DNA from: a virus
Lineage: Duplodnaviria; Caudoviricetes
Length of the DNA stretch: 64,000 bases
IMG/VR virus record: IMGVR_UViG_3300033067_000343
Location: 1-64,000 of that record
Direction: 5' to 3' (one strand)
In this document: piece after piece, positions 49,307 to 58,196 of the stretch
Numbering within the stretch: position 1 is the stretch's first letter
Layout: every line of letters starts with the position of its first letter
Position numbers and translations under genes: made by a program
Notes under the pieces: model-generated
The model's database searches: none
The model's input: only the letters and a program-made list of their open reading frames with translations
Told to the model about the DNA's origin: nothing

Positions 49307-49802
49307 GTACAAGATTCCAAAGTTCTGGGATATTGAATTTAAGCTGTTAGACTACGAACAGGAAGAATTTAATGATGCAGAAAGTCTCCGAGTATGGAGA
49401 CACCAAGGTTATACTGGGCCATTTACTGGGCACATGTGCGACATGCGTAAGACACAACCATCATGGAATGACCAGTTTGTAAAGATCTACAAAGAGCTAG
49501 GGTGGAAGGACATTGGCACCAGTTACTACAGAATGGACACTGGTACAGTCTTACCAACTCACAGCGATTTATATACACGCTATGTTAAACTACACAACTT
49601 GCAAGGCAAGGAGCAACGCATTCGCAGGGCTGTAGTTTTCCTAGAAGATTGGAAGCCAGGTCACTACAGTGAGATTAATGGCATAGGACTAGTTAACTGG
49701 GAAGCTGGCACAGTTCTAGAATGGGATTACGATACGCCACACGCAGCAGCAAACATTGGCATTGAGCCACGCTACACATTACAAATCACAGGTTGGGTAT
49801 GA
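49284..49802 (+). CDS. 2OG-Fe(II)/cupin-type oxygenase-like protein
   Basis: PTHSD...TPHAAANIG...RYTLQITG. Confidence 0.6.
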   Translation: MAIHVHSKYKIPKFWDIEFKLLDYEQEEFNDAESLRVWRHQGYTGPFTGHMCDMRKTQPSWNDQFVKIYKELGWKDIGTSYYRMDTGTVLPTHSDLYTRYVKLHNLQGKEQRIRRAVVFLEDWKPGHYSEINGIGLVNWEAGTVLEWDYDTPHAAANIGIEPRYTLQITGWV

Positions 49803-50713
49803 TATCAAGTTACAATGAGTGGGACAAACTCAAGAGGGTAGTAGTAGGATCTGCAACACATGCTAATTGGCCAGTGTTAGACAAAGTTTTTCGCAATGAA
49901 GCAAAGAACAGTTTATGGACAGAGACTCCGGCCCCTTCGGGACCTGTCCCACAATGGATCATTGATGAAACAGAAGAAGATTTGCATTCTCTTTGTTCTA
50001 CACTGAGCCAATTGGGTGTGGAAGTATTACGCCCTGATCCGTTGAACTTCCAAGTACACGATGGCCTGTATAACTATTGCCCACGTGATCGTTTACTTGT
50101 ATACGGTGATACTATTGTTGATCCTGCAATGATGTATCCTTGCCGCGATATGGAATATCAGTGTTACATTGATGTTCTAGAAGAAGCGAAGCAAATTATC
50201 TCTATGCCACGTGATAAAGGTATGGTGCTAGATGCAGCAAACATTCTACGCCTTAACGATAAGATGTTGATGCTGGAAAGTGCAAGTGGTAATCGTGCCT
50301 CATACGATTGGATGTGCCATCACTTTCCTAACGTAGAGATTGAATTGTGTAACTTTTATGCAGGTGTACATATTGATAGCACTGTTGTGCCACTAAAGGA
50401 AGGATTGGTATTATTAAATGGATCAAGAGTCAATGAATCAAACTGTCCCAAAGTCTTCCGCGATTGGGAGAAGATTTATGTGGATGATGTTGTGCCTCAA
50501 GATTTTTATCAGTATCCGTATGCAAGTAAATGGATCGCCCTTAACATGCTTGTTGTGGACCCGCAAACAGTTATATGTGATGCTCAACAAACAGCCTTAC
50601 GCAGTTTGTTGGAGAAGAGAGGCTTTACAGTCATCCCCCTGGTTCTTCGGCATAGTCGCACACTGGGTGGAGGCTTCCACTGTGTAACCTTGGATTTACA
50701 TCGCGGCGAATAA
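49799..50713 (+). CDS. amidinotransferase (pentein family; AGAT/StrB1-like)
   Basis: SYNEWDKLKRVVVG, CPRD, DAAN, HID, GGGFHCVTLD. Confidence 0.85.
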   Translation: MISSYNEWDKLKRVVVGSATHANWPVLDKVFRNEAKNSLWTETPAPSGPVPQWIIDETEEDLHSLCSTLSQLGVEVLRPDPLNFQVHDGLYNYCPRDRLLVYGDTIVDPAMMYPCRDMEYQCYIDVLEEAKQIISMPRDKGMVLDAANILRLNDKMLMLESASGNRASYDWMCHHFPNVEIELCNFYAGVHIDSTVVPLKEGLVLLNGSRVNESNCPKVFRDWEKIYVDDVVPQDFYQYPYASKWIALNMLVVDPQTVICDAQQTALRSLLEKRGFTVIPLVLRHSRTLGGGFHCVTLDLHRGE

Positions 50714-50740
50714 ATACTCTTATATAACTATAACTATAAC

Positions 50741-51508
50741 ATGGATTTTATAAGATACTCGGACGCACTATTATCGGCAATCGAACACACAAGTAAGGAA
50801 CAAGAGATTGTAACCAAGAAGCAAGAAATCTTGGATAGTATTTACAACTTTCATAACTTTACTCCAAGTACAACATTGTTCATGGGCTTTAGTCCGGCCC
50901 TGCTAAGTCGACGCAATGGCAAGATTTTTGTTACTAGCGTAAGCGATGCTGTATTAGCATACCTAGACGCAAACAAAGTTGACTATACTTACGTTAGCGA
51001 AACCGACCTTATTACTAAGGCCCAAACGTTTGACGTTGTAGTTGCAATGGACGAATTCTTTACGTATTCGTCTACCGACTTAGATCAACAAAATCTTGTA
51101 AAGCAAATTTGTAACCTAGCCCAAGAAATTGTGGTAAGTACATTACGTGATTACAAAAATCAAGATTTTAAAGATCGTGAGTTTAGTGTTCCTGCTGTAG
51201 TACGTTCTGGAAAGACTAATCGAATTTTTAACGAATTCCATGATTGGGACTTAACAAATCGCAACAGTTGGAATACCACAGTGTACGAAGTTTCTAACCC
51301 AGATCATGAGTTAACCACTTATGGTCCGTTTGCTAGACGAACCATGTTCTTCAAACAGTTGGCAAAGTTTAGTATTGATGCAGGTGCAAGCGACTTCACT
51401 GTCCACAAGAATCTCATGTATAAGAGCCTTATAAAGAAAAATTATGAGCATGTAATCAGTATTAGATTCGAAGATAAATGGACACATCAAAAACCATCCA
51501 ACAACTAA
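50741..51508 (+). CDS. degenerate class I SAM methyltransferase-like protein
   Basis: FDVVVAMD motif; glycine-rich motif I poorly conserved; TAAATA 50711-50716. Confidence 0.35.
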   Translation: MDFIRYSDALLSAIEHTSKEQEIVTKKQEILDSIYNFHNFTPSTTLFMGFSPALLSRRNGKIFVTSVSDAVLAYLDANKVDYTYVSETDLITKAQTFDVVVAMDEFFTYSSTDLDQQNLVKQICNLAQEIVVSTLRDYKNQDFKDREFSVPAVVRSGKTNRIFNEFHDWDLTNRNSWNTTVYEVSNPDHELTTYGPFARRTMFFKQLAKFSIDAGASDFTVHKNLMYKSLIKKNYEHVISIRFEDKWTHQKPSNN

Positions 51509-52533
51509 CCGAAGCGTTAGTAACTGAACTAGCAACTAATCTTGAACAAGAAGCTGTTGCTAAGTTTGAACAAGACATCAAAGACAGACTAGCCAAGGTA
51601 GACTTTAACGCAGTAATTCAAACTGCAATTAGAAGCTACCTTGACATCAAACTAAAAGAGTTTGAGTTTCCTGCAGATAGCATCCCTGTAACAGCAATCC
51701 AGACCGCCAACCTTAAGTTAAGCGGTGATCAAATCAGCAACGGAATTATTAAAGGGTTTGGTAGCACCGGCATTGATGATCGTGCTACAGGATGTGTGGT
51801 AACCATTTTAGATTCTGCTGTGGTTGTGGAAAACAATCTGGTGACCATGGACCTAACCGTTCAAGGTAACCTAGATGTTAAAGGCACAGTCCCTGAGACC
51901 AGCGAGTTTTACAAGCAACTAACTACAGCCGTTACAAACAGTGTACAAAGCGGGCTGGACACCACACTGTTTACTGGCTTCAGTGATGTGATCTTTAACA
52001 AGATCAAAACAGACGGCATTGACTTATCCAAGATTACAGTTGATGGCAAGGAAGTTGTGGCAGGTAATCGTATTGGTTACAACATTACCGAAAGTAACCT
52101 ACAGAAGCTAGGTTTACTAAAAGAGTTGCAAGTACAAGGTGAAACTCAGCTTTCGGATACACTGTACGTAGGCAGCAAACGTGTAGGCGTAAACACAGTT
52201 GAACCAAGTGCAGCATTAGCAGTTTGGGACGAAGACATTGAAATTACAGCAAGCAAGTTCAAAGACGGTGTAGGCAAGATCTCTACACCACGTAGTCAAG
52301 CTCTAGTATTGGGCAGCAACAAAAACAATAACATAACCTTACACACAGATGGCTCCACAGAAATTGCAGAGCTAAAGGTTGGATCTTCTAAAGTAAGCAG
52401 CAGCGATGCCCCGCCACGCTTTACTAGCACAAAGGGTCACATTGTGTTTAACGCTAATCCGAGCCCTGGCGGCCCTATGGGTTGGGTATGTTTAGGTGCT
52501 GCAAATTGGGCAAACTTTGGTATTATAGACTAA
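51478..52533 (+). CDS. hypothetical, probably virion structural protein
   Basis: Beta-rich; C-terminal fibre-like KGHIVFN..P..GGPMGWVC motif. Confidence 0.55.
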   Translation: MDTSKTIQQLTEALVTELATNLEQEAVAKFEQDIKDRLAKVDFNAVIQTAIRSYLDIKLKEFEFPADSIPVTAIQTANLKLSGDQISNGIIKGFGSTGIDDRATGCVVTILDSAVVVENNLVTMDLTVQGNLDVKGTVPETSEFYKQLTTAVTNSVQSGLDTTLFTGFSDVIFNKIKTDGIDLSKITVDGKEVVAGNRIGYNITESNLQKLGLLKELQVQGETQLSDTLYVGSKRVGVNTVEPSAALAVWDEDIEITASKFKDGVGKISTPRSQALVLGSNKNNNITLHTDGSTEIAELKVGSSKVSSSDAPPRFTSTKGHIVFNANPSPGGPMGWVCLGAANWANFGIID

Positions 52534-52543
52534 TAAACCCAAA

Positions 52544-52564
52544 ACATGCTATAATGCAGCATGT
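52544..52564 (+). promoter_or_regulatory. 7-bp hairpin with TATAAT in the loop, covering ATG 52561
   Basis: ACATGCT / AGCATGT; TGCTATAAT. Confidence 0.6.
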
Positions 52565-52782
52565 CACGAAAACAGCAAGCTGAACGCAGAGCAGAAATCA
52601 AACGAATTCTGGGCTTTCTGGACGACCGAAATCATCTAGTGTTCATGCGTATGTACTCCCACACTGATCTTGAAAAAGATATTAATGAAGTGGTAGACAA
52701 CATGCCCGCAAGACAGTTACAATGGGCACTTCATCAAGTAACAGCCAGTTATCACAGCATCTTTAGGATTTTAAAACAATGA
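52561..52782 (+). CDS. hypothetical early protein
   Basis: ATG 6 nt after TATAAT; coupled to uvsE. Confidence 0.65.
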   Translation: MSRKQQAERRAEIKRILGFLDDRNHLVFMRMYSHTDLEKDINEVVDNMPARQLQWALHQVTASYHSIFRILKQ

Positions 52783-53825
52783 CAGCACGAATAGGTTTCG
52801 CTTGCAAGTACAGTGAACTGGACAACAAAGGTCAAGTGATCTCTGTGCCCGAGTTAAATACTCGTAGCACAACCGGCGCATGGCTCCGTCGCCAAAGTGA
52901 ACATATCGCAGAGGAACGTCTCTGGGATATTATGAAACACAACATCGAATCAGCTAAACAGCTGGTAGCAAAGGTAGGATCTCTTGAACAACATCTCCGA
53001 ATGGTTCGACTTAGTAGCGACCTTCTTCCTCTATATACCGAGCCTACTTGGCGTTATTTTTGGCGTCTCAGTGACGTTAGGGCTTATTGCGAGAAACACT
53101 TTGCGGAAGTGGGTGCTATTGCTCGTAGCCGCGATGTGCGTCTTAGTTTTCACCCAGGTCAATTCTGCGTTCTCGCAAGTGATAATGGAGATGTTGTTGA
53201 ACGTTCAATCGACGAATTCGAATACCACACTGATATGACACGTATGATGGGTTTTGGTCGCGAGTTCCAAGACTTTAAGATCAACGTACACATCAGTGGT
53301 CGCAAAGGCACACAAGGTATCCGTGACGTATACGGACGCCTTAGCCCCGAAGCACGTAACTGCTTAACCCTTGAGAATGAAGAGTATACACATGGCGTAT
53401 TGGATTGTTTGGAGTTGCGTGATCTTGTACCTACTGTGCTCGATATACATCATCACTGGATCCGAGAAGGTGAGTACATTGATGTTGGCGGCGATACTGT
53501 TAAGGCAGTTATTGATAGCTGGCGCGGCGTGCGTCCTACTCTTCACTACTCTATTAGCCGAGAAGACGTCCTCGTCGGACACTGCACAGCAACAGAGCCC
53601 GATCACAAGACGCTTTTAGAGTCTGGTCATAAAAAGGCAAAGCTACGTGCCCACAGTGACTATTACTGGAATCACGAGGTGAATGCGTGGGCTGCTCAAT
53701 TCCTGCAAAACTTTGATATCATGTGCGAGAGCAAAGCCAAGAACTTGGCCAGCTTTAAGTTTGCGGAAGAATTCCATCAACCGCAGACTCCAGAGAGTCA
53801 ACGTAATCCTGCATCCACCCCTTAG
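52779..53825 (+). CDS. uvsE: UV damage endonuclease UvsE/UvdE
   Basis: RIGFACK, RLSSDL, SFHPGQF, LENEE, LDIHHH, HSDY. Confidence 0.9.
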   Translation: MTARIGFACKYSELDNKGQVISVPELNTRSTTGAWLRRQSEHIAEERLWDIMKHNIESAKQLVAKVGSLEQHLRMVRLSSDLLPLYTEPTWRYFWRLSDVRAYCEKHFAEVGAIARSRDVRLSFHPGQFCVLASDNGDVVERSIDEFEYHTDMTRMMGFGREFQDFKINVHISGRKGTQGIRDVYGRLSPEARNCLTLENEEYTHGVLDCLELRDLVPTVLDIHHHWIREGEYIDVGGDTVKAVIDSWRGVRPTLHYSISREDVLVGHCTATEPDHKTLLESGHKKAKLRAHSDYYWNHEVNAWAAQFLQNFDIMCESKAKNLASFKFAEEFHQPQTPESQRNPASTP

Positions 53826-54843
53826 ACATCATAACCGCAAAGTTGTGATCCACTAGGGGTTTTATTTTGTCTAAAATTTCTGCAGGGTTTTGGGTAGATA
53901 GCCAACGCAGTTGTTCGCATGCCATTGCCCAACGTGTGCGGCCGTCTTCTATAGTATCGTAACTTTCGTCAATGATTCCGTCAAATGTTCGGAACCCTAA
54001 CGCACGAAGGTTACGCAAGTAATGCTGGCCTGCAAACATAACAAACAAGCGTCGAGCAATAATAGGTTTGGCGGTCTTTTCGGTGTAGAAGCTGTATTCG
54101 TTGCTAAAGTTTGTTTCTGCAATTACAGTGTAATTGGTACGATTATAAATGTCTATGGGAATCACTTGGCTCAAGCTCATGTGGTGCCCAAAGTAATCGA
54201 CCATGTCAACGGTCCATTGTGGGGTATTAATAAATCTGAGACCAGGTTGCTGCCATGACCATAAATCGTGTTCGCTTGCAAAATCAATCTGATGCTCGTT
54301 AAAGTACGTCATCATGTATTGTTCTACACGCAAGTTTGATCTTGCAAAATTGTGTATGAAATCTCTATGCTGTTTCTTTCTTCCCAGCAGTATGTCGAAG
54401 TGAGATTCCTTTGGGCCATCTTTTAATCTAGACAATATCTCTGGCAAATGTTCTTTGTAGAAATGCCGACTGGTTTCAAACCAATCTAAGTATTCGTGTA
54501 CTTGTGCATTTTGCAAAGAGAAATTTAACTTGCCACAGATAAAGAACGTGATATTTGCGTGATCGTTGTCACGAATGAATTGTGTAGTTACATCGTGTAA
54601 CTCACTGCCCACAACAAATACATGATTGCTAAACTCTCTTAGCTGATCTAGTTTACTTTGTGTGTCGCGGGTAAAGGGATAGGGTAAGTGGACAAACGCT
54701 ATGTTAACAGGATGGCCACTATTCAAAAAATGACCTAGATCACTGTAAACTGCCCACTCGTTAGGAGTGTGTGTTTTAAAATGATCTAGGTGATATCGTA
54801 TAGTTTCGGAATCTCTAAAGACCCCGATATTACGAAAAAACAT
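53755..54843 (-). CDS. glycosyltransferase-like protein, paralog 3
   Basis: IAETNF...YTEKTAKPIIARRLF...LGFRTFDGIIDESYD; FDILLG...HRDF shared with the 18107 gene. Confidence 0.5.
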   Translation of the reverse strand: MFFRNIGVFRDSETIRYHLDHFKTHTPNEWAVYSDLGHFLNSGHPVNIAFVHLPYPFTRDTQSKLDQLREFSNHVFVVGSELHDVTTQFIRDNDHANITFFICGKLNFSLQNAQVHEYLDWFETSRHFYKEHLPEILSRLKDGPKESHFDILLGRKKQHRDFIHNFARSNLRVEQYMMTYFNEHQIDFASEHDLWSWQQPGLRFINTPQWTVDMVDYFGHHMSLSQVIPIDIYNRTNYTVIAETNFSNEYSFYTEKTAKPIIARRLFVMFAGQHYLRNLRALGFRTFDGIIDESYDTIEDGRTRWAMACEQLRWLSTQNPAEILDKIKPLVDHNFAVMMSKGWMQDYVDSLESAVDGILPQT

Positions 54844-55175
54844 TACTTGGTCTTTTTAGCAGGTGGCTTTTTGCCTGGTTGCTTTTTGTCACCAGCTTTA
54901 GCCAATGTCTTCTTAGCAGGTGCTTTAGCAGGTGCTTTAGCTTTTGGTGCCGCTGCCTTCTTAGCAGGTGCTTTAGCTTTTGGCTTGGCTTTAGTTGCAG
55001 TAACAACGCCGGCGCCTTCTACAACCAACGCCGCGGGTTGCGGGGCAACGTCACCTGCTGGTACAGGTGCTTCAACTTTGTAAGGTGCTGCATTAACTGC
55101 TTCTACTTTAGTGTCTTCAACTTTTGGTGCAGGTGTTTCTTTACCGAAGAAGAATTCTTTGATTGATTTGAACAT
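54843..55175 (-). CDS. histone H1-like Lys/Ala/Pro-rich protein
   Basis: KAPAKK repeats; SD GGAG and minus-strand TAAATA 55207-55212. Confidence 0.7.
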   Translation of the reverse strand: MFKSIKEFFFGKETPAPKVEDTKVEAVNAAPYKVEAPVPAGDVAPQPAALVVEGAGVVTATKAKPKAKAPAKKAAAPKAKAPAKAPAKKTLAKAGDKKQPGKKPPAKKTK

Positions 55176-55250
55176 TTTTACTCCTTTGAATGTTTCAATG
55201 TATATGTATTTAATTAGTGATCGCTCACTAGGAAAATTTCGTGAAACCGC

Positions 55251-55342
55251 TTGACTCTTAGTATAAATACTAATACAATAGAACATATAAGATGCTGCAT
55301 AGGGCGGGTCTTATAGTAAACTTTCGTCTAAAGGAGAAAAAC
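55251..55342 (+). promoter_or_regulatory. nested sigma70 and late promoters plus structured leader
   Basis: TTGACT-N17-TACAAT (55251-55279) with TATAAATA 55262-55269; TATAAGA/TCTTATA stem; ends TAAAGGAGAAAAAC like the hsp20 leader. Confidence 0.65.
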
Positions 55343-55612
55343 ATGTTTACACTTGATACTACAATCGACGCCATCCAAACTGGCAAAAAGAATTTCGTTA
55401 ACACCGTATTTGCACAGAACAAAACTGTTGCCGATGCATTGAATCAATTTGTTGACGCCCAAACTGCATACACCAAATCTGCTGTTAAAGCAGGTACTGA
55501 TGTTGCAACAACTTTGGCTAGCGAAGGTGTTAAAACTGCTCAAGAAGCTGCTAAAGTGGACTTCAGCAAAGTGACTGAAACTTTCACAAAGGCTTTCCAA
55601 GCTAAAAAGTAA
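55343..55612 (+). CDS. small amphipathic helical protein, phasin-like
   Basis: Ala/Thr/Lys-rich amphipathic helices; strong SD; own terminator; biased codons. Confidence 0.55.
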   Translation: MFTLDTTIDAIQTGKKNFVNTVFAQNKTVADALNQFVDAQTAYTKSAVKAGTDVATTLASEGVKTAQEAAKVDFSKVTETFTKAFQAKK

Positions 55613-55633
55613 TACTAAGGTATTGCTTACTTT

Positions 55634-55656
55634 AAACCCGCTTCGGCGGGTTTTTT
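55634..55656 (+). terminator. rho-independent terminator
   Basis: AAACCCGC-TTCG-GCGGGTTTTTT. Confidence 0.9.
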
Positions 55657-55682
55657 AATGGCCAAACGTGCTACAATTAGGC

Positions 55683-56015
55683 ATGACAAAATACTTAGGC
55701 GAAACTCCTGTAGACATTGCAACCCACCCTGAGTACAGTAAGTACACCGCAAAGGATTGGGCTATGCTGTGCATTTACTTATATGGTGCAATTGATGGTG
55801 CCCATCACAAACAATGGGTCATTGATCGAGTTACACGAGTTCTCAACGGCGTTGTTCCCACTGTTACACTTGCGGCATGGTCCAATGGTGCAGAAGATTA
55901 TCGATATAACTTTGACGGCACTAGCCCCGAGTACGAAGCGTTTGTGCTTAAATGCACAGACCCAGATAAAGACGGCGAACCACAGTACGATTACGATGAA
56001 GGAATTGCACCATGA
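55683..56015 (+). CDS. hypothetical early protein
   Basis: TGCTACAAT ends 55677; ATG 55683; DGAHHKQW motif. Confidence 0.65.
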   Translation: MTKYLGETPVDIATHPEYSKYTAKDWAMLCIYLYGAIDGAHHKQWVIDRVTRVLNGVVPTVTLAAWSNGAEDYRYNFDGTSPEYEAFVLKCTDPDKDGEPQYDYDEGIAP

Positions 56016-56317
56016 AAAAACTTATCGCCCTTGCTATTGTTATGGCTATTTCTGCAACTGCACACGCTAAAGGTGGTGGCGGCGGTGGCCACGCTAGCTC
56101 GGGTGGGCATAGTAGCTCTAGTGGCGGACACACTTCCACAGCACCAGCTAAAGGATCTAGCACAAGCACAGCAGGCAAAAGCTCGTCAGCTGAAAGTACT
56201 GGATCTAAATCCACTAGCTCAAGCAGCTCTAGTTGGTTCCCATTCTGGGGTGGCTCACACGGTGGCACAAGCTCTAAAACCTGCGATCCCGGCAAAGATA
56301 AAGACTGCAAGCGTTAA
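56012..56317 (+). CDS. secreted Gly/Ser-rich protein
   Basis: Signal peptide ATAHA-K; low complexity; terminal C...C pair. Confidence 0.65.
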   Translation: MKKLIALAIVMAISATAHAKGGGGGGHASSGGHSSSSGGHTSTAPAKGSSTSTAGKSSSAESTGSKSTSSSSSSWFPFWGGSHGGTSSKTCDPGKDKDCKR

Positions 56318-56436
56318 AGTGTTGTAAAAATGCCACACTTGAAAATATTTTTCAAGTTTTTTACTCTTTTTGGTTAAATTGCCCATTTTGGTGTTATACT
56401 AATGACATAGCAACAAACATTAACCAGGAGTTAAAA

Positions 56437-56847
56437 ATGGCATACATGAACCAGCAACGTAAAGCAGAAATCGCACCAGTGGTGAAAGCAATCTGCAAAA
56501 AGTACGGCATCAAGGCAACAATGGCTGTACGTCATCATAGCACACTGGTTCTCAACATCAAGTCGGGCAAGATTGATTTTGTTGAAAACTACATCAATGG
56601 CAACCCACACAAGATGACCGAAGAAGCTGCTAACCGCGTTCGCAACAGTGGCAGCATTGACGTTAATCCTTACTGGTATCAAGAACACTTTACTGGTACT
56701 GCACTGAAGTTCATGAAGGAAGTGTTTGCGGCAATGAACAATGGCAACCATGATCACAGCGACATCCAAACTGACTACTTTAATGTGGGCTGGTATGTTG
56801 ATGTTAACATTGGCGCTTGGAACAAACCTTACCAATTGGTGGCTTAA
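56437..56847 (+). CDS. hypothetical early protein
   Basis: TGTTATACT promoter, SD AGGAG. Confidence 0.75.
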   Translation: MAYMNQQRKAEIAPVVKAICKKYGIKATMAVRHHSTLVLNIKSGKIDFVENYINGNPHKMTEEAANRVRNSGSIDVNPYWYQEHFTGTALKFMKEVFAAMNNGNHDHSDIQTDYFNVGWYVDVNIGAWNKPYQLVA

Positions 56848-56848
56848 T

Positions 56849-57058
56849 ATGCGTAAATTCATTCTAACCCAACAACACTACGACATGGCACCAGGCACCG
56901 AACTGGACTATGTAAAGCAGAGCATGCCTGAGCAAAATTGTATCGGGTACTCGATGCTGATTGGTCGTCATGCAGATGGCTCATTGCGTGAAGTACCAGC
57001 TCACAAGACTGTGCCACACAAAGACAACACCGAGTTTCCTACACTGGATGCACAATGA
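56849..57058 (+). CDS. hypothetical protein
   Basis: ATG directly after the upstream stop. Confidence 0.55.
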   Translation: MRKFILTQQHYDMAPGTELDYVKQSMPEQNCIGYSMLIGRHADGSLREVPAHKTVPHKDNTEFPTLDAQ

Positions 57059-57240
57059 CACCTTATACCATTACACTTGTGTTTGCGGACGTAGACGACA
57101 ACTACTACACAAAAGGTCAGGCCACAATGTCGTTTCCGATTAAAGCCGACGATGATCACACAGCACAGAATCTAGGCCAACGCCTACAATCAAAATTCGG
57201 TGCCGATCATCTAATTGTCAAGAATGGAGTTGAAGAATGA
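57055..57240 (+). CDS. hypothetical protein
   Basis: ATGA-coupled. Confidence 0.55.
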   Translation: MTPYTITLVFADVDDNYYTKGQATMSFPIKADDDHTAQNLGQRLQSKFGADHLIVKNGVEE

Positions 57241-57488
57241 ACGAACGAATTGTTAAACTTTTTATGGAATCAGTAGATTCCAATTATATTCCTGTGCCCA
57301 TAGAAGATCATATTCCGTCGTGGACAGAAAAGTTCGCCGAGTTGATTGTTCGGGAATGTATCAAAGTTTGTGAGCCAGTTTTTTTAGACGAGTCGTATGA
57401 GGATATGAGTGAGTTTGGTAAAGGATTGGTTGAAGGACAAGATGTTGCAGTAGAAAAGATTAAAGAACATTTCGGAGTTGAAGAATGA
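57237..57488 (+). CDS. hypothetical protein
   Basis: MNERI...EKFAELIVREC...IKEHFGVEE pattern; ATGA-coupled. Confidence 0.7.
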   Translation: MNERIVKLFMESVDSNYIPVPIEDHIPSWTEKFAELIVRECIKVCEPVFLDESYEDMSEFGKGLVEGQDVAVEKIKEHFGVEE

Positions 57489-57676
57489 AACTAGAAGACA
57501 TGACCCATGATCAATTGGTCGCTGCATTACGGGAAGAACGTGCTGCCCATTACGATACACTTTCCCGACTTGAACGAATGGAAGATCGTTACAAGATGGC
57601 AAACAAGATGACCAAGTGTTATATCGACGAGTTTGAGGCTCGTGGCTTGATGTACATTCCAAAGGTTGAAAAATGA
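57485..57676 (+). CDS. hypothetical protein
   Basis: ATGA-coupled. Confidence 0.55.
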   Translation: MKLEDMTHDQLVAALREERAAHYDTLSRLERMEDRYKMANKMTKCYIDEFEARGLMYIPKVEK

Positions 57677-57798
57677 TTCAAAAACTTGCTGATTATTTGT
57701 TTGCTGATGCAATCCGAAAAGGTGTTGAGCAGTATAATTATGCTGTAGAAACTTTTAACTTGAAAGCACGAGATGGAACTAAACGGACACGAGATTAA
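57673..57798 (+). CDS. small hypothetical protein (41 aa)
   Basis: ATGA-coupled; fills the gap. Confidence 0.45.
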   Translation: MIQKLADYLFADAIRKGVEQYNYAVETFNLKARDGTKRTRD

Positions 57799-57982
57799 AT
57801 TTAGTAGCTTAGAAGTCGACGGTGTTGATAGCAGAGACTACCCTGACTTTTGCGATGCTTATTTCTGTTATGGTGAATACACTAATGGTATCGAACTCAC
57901 TGACGACGAGCTGGAACAACTAACCGACATGTACGGCGATGTGGTCAACGAGCTCGCCTACGACTCACTTGTTACTTGCTAA
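57773..57982 (+). CDS. hypothetical acidic protein
   Basis: DGVDSRDYPDFCDAY motif. Confidence 0.7.
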   Translation: MELNGHEIKFSSLEVDGVDSRDYPDFCDAYFCYGEYTNGIELTDDELEQLTDMYGDVVNELAYDSLVTC

Positions 57983-57990
57983 GGAAATAT

Positions 57991-58194
57991 ATGACTGACC
58001 GTTTTGATCTTGAACAGCAAATTCTAGACTGCTGGAAAGCAACTGATGACATTAAACTGTTGTCTAAGCGTGATGCTAAACCCGAAGACTTTGAAGCACT
58101 GGCTAAGGTCTACGAGTTTAAGTTTAATCAACTGTGGGACACCTTTGAAAAGATGTGTGCTGAACGTCAATTTGTAAACCCAAACAAGGATTAA
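57991..58194 (+). CDS. hypothetical protein
   Basis: SD AAGGA; DRFDLEQQILDCW. Confidence 0.65.
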   Translation: MTDRFDLEQQILDCWKATDDIKLLSKRDAKPEDFEALAKVYEFKFNQLWDTFEKMCAERQFVNPNKD

Positions 58195-58196
58195 CT

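Noticed and set aside
57729-57746. Palindrome CAGTATAATTATGCTG containing TATAAT
   Set aside because: Lies inside the coupled ORF 57673-57798, has no loop and does not cover a start; not counted among the gating hairpins
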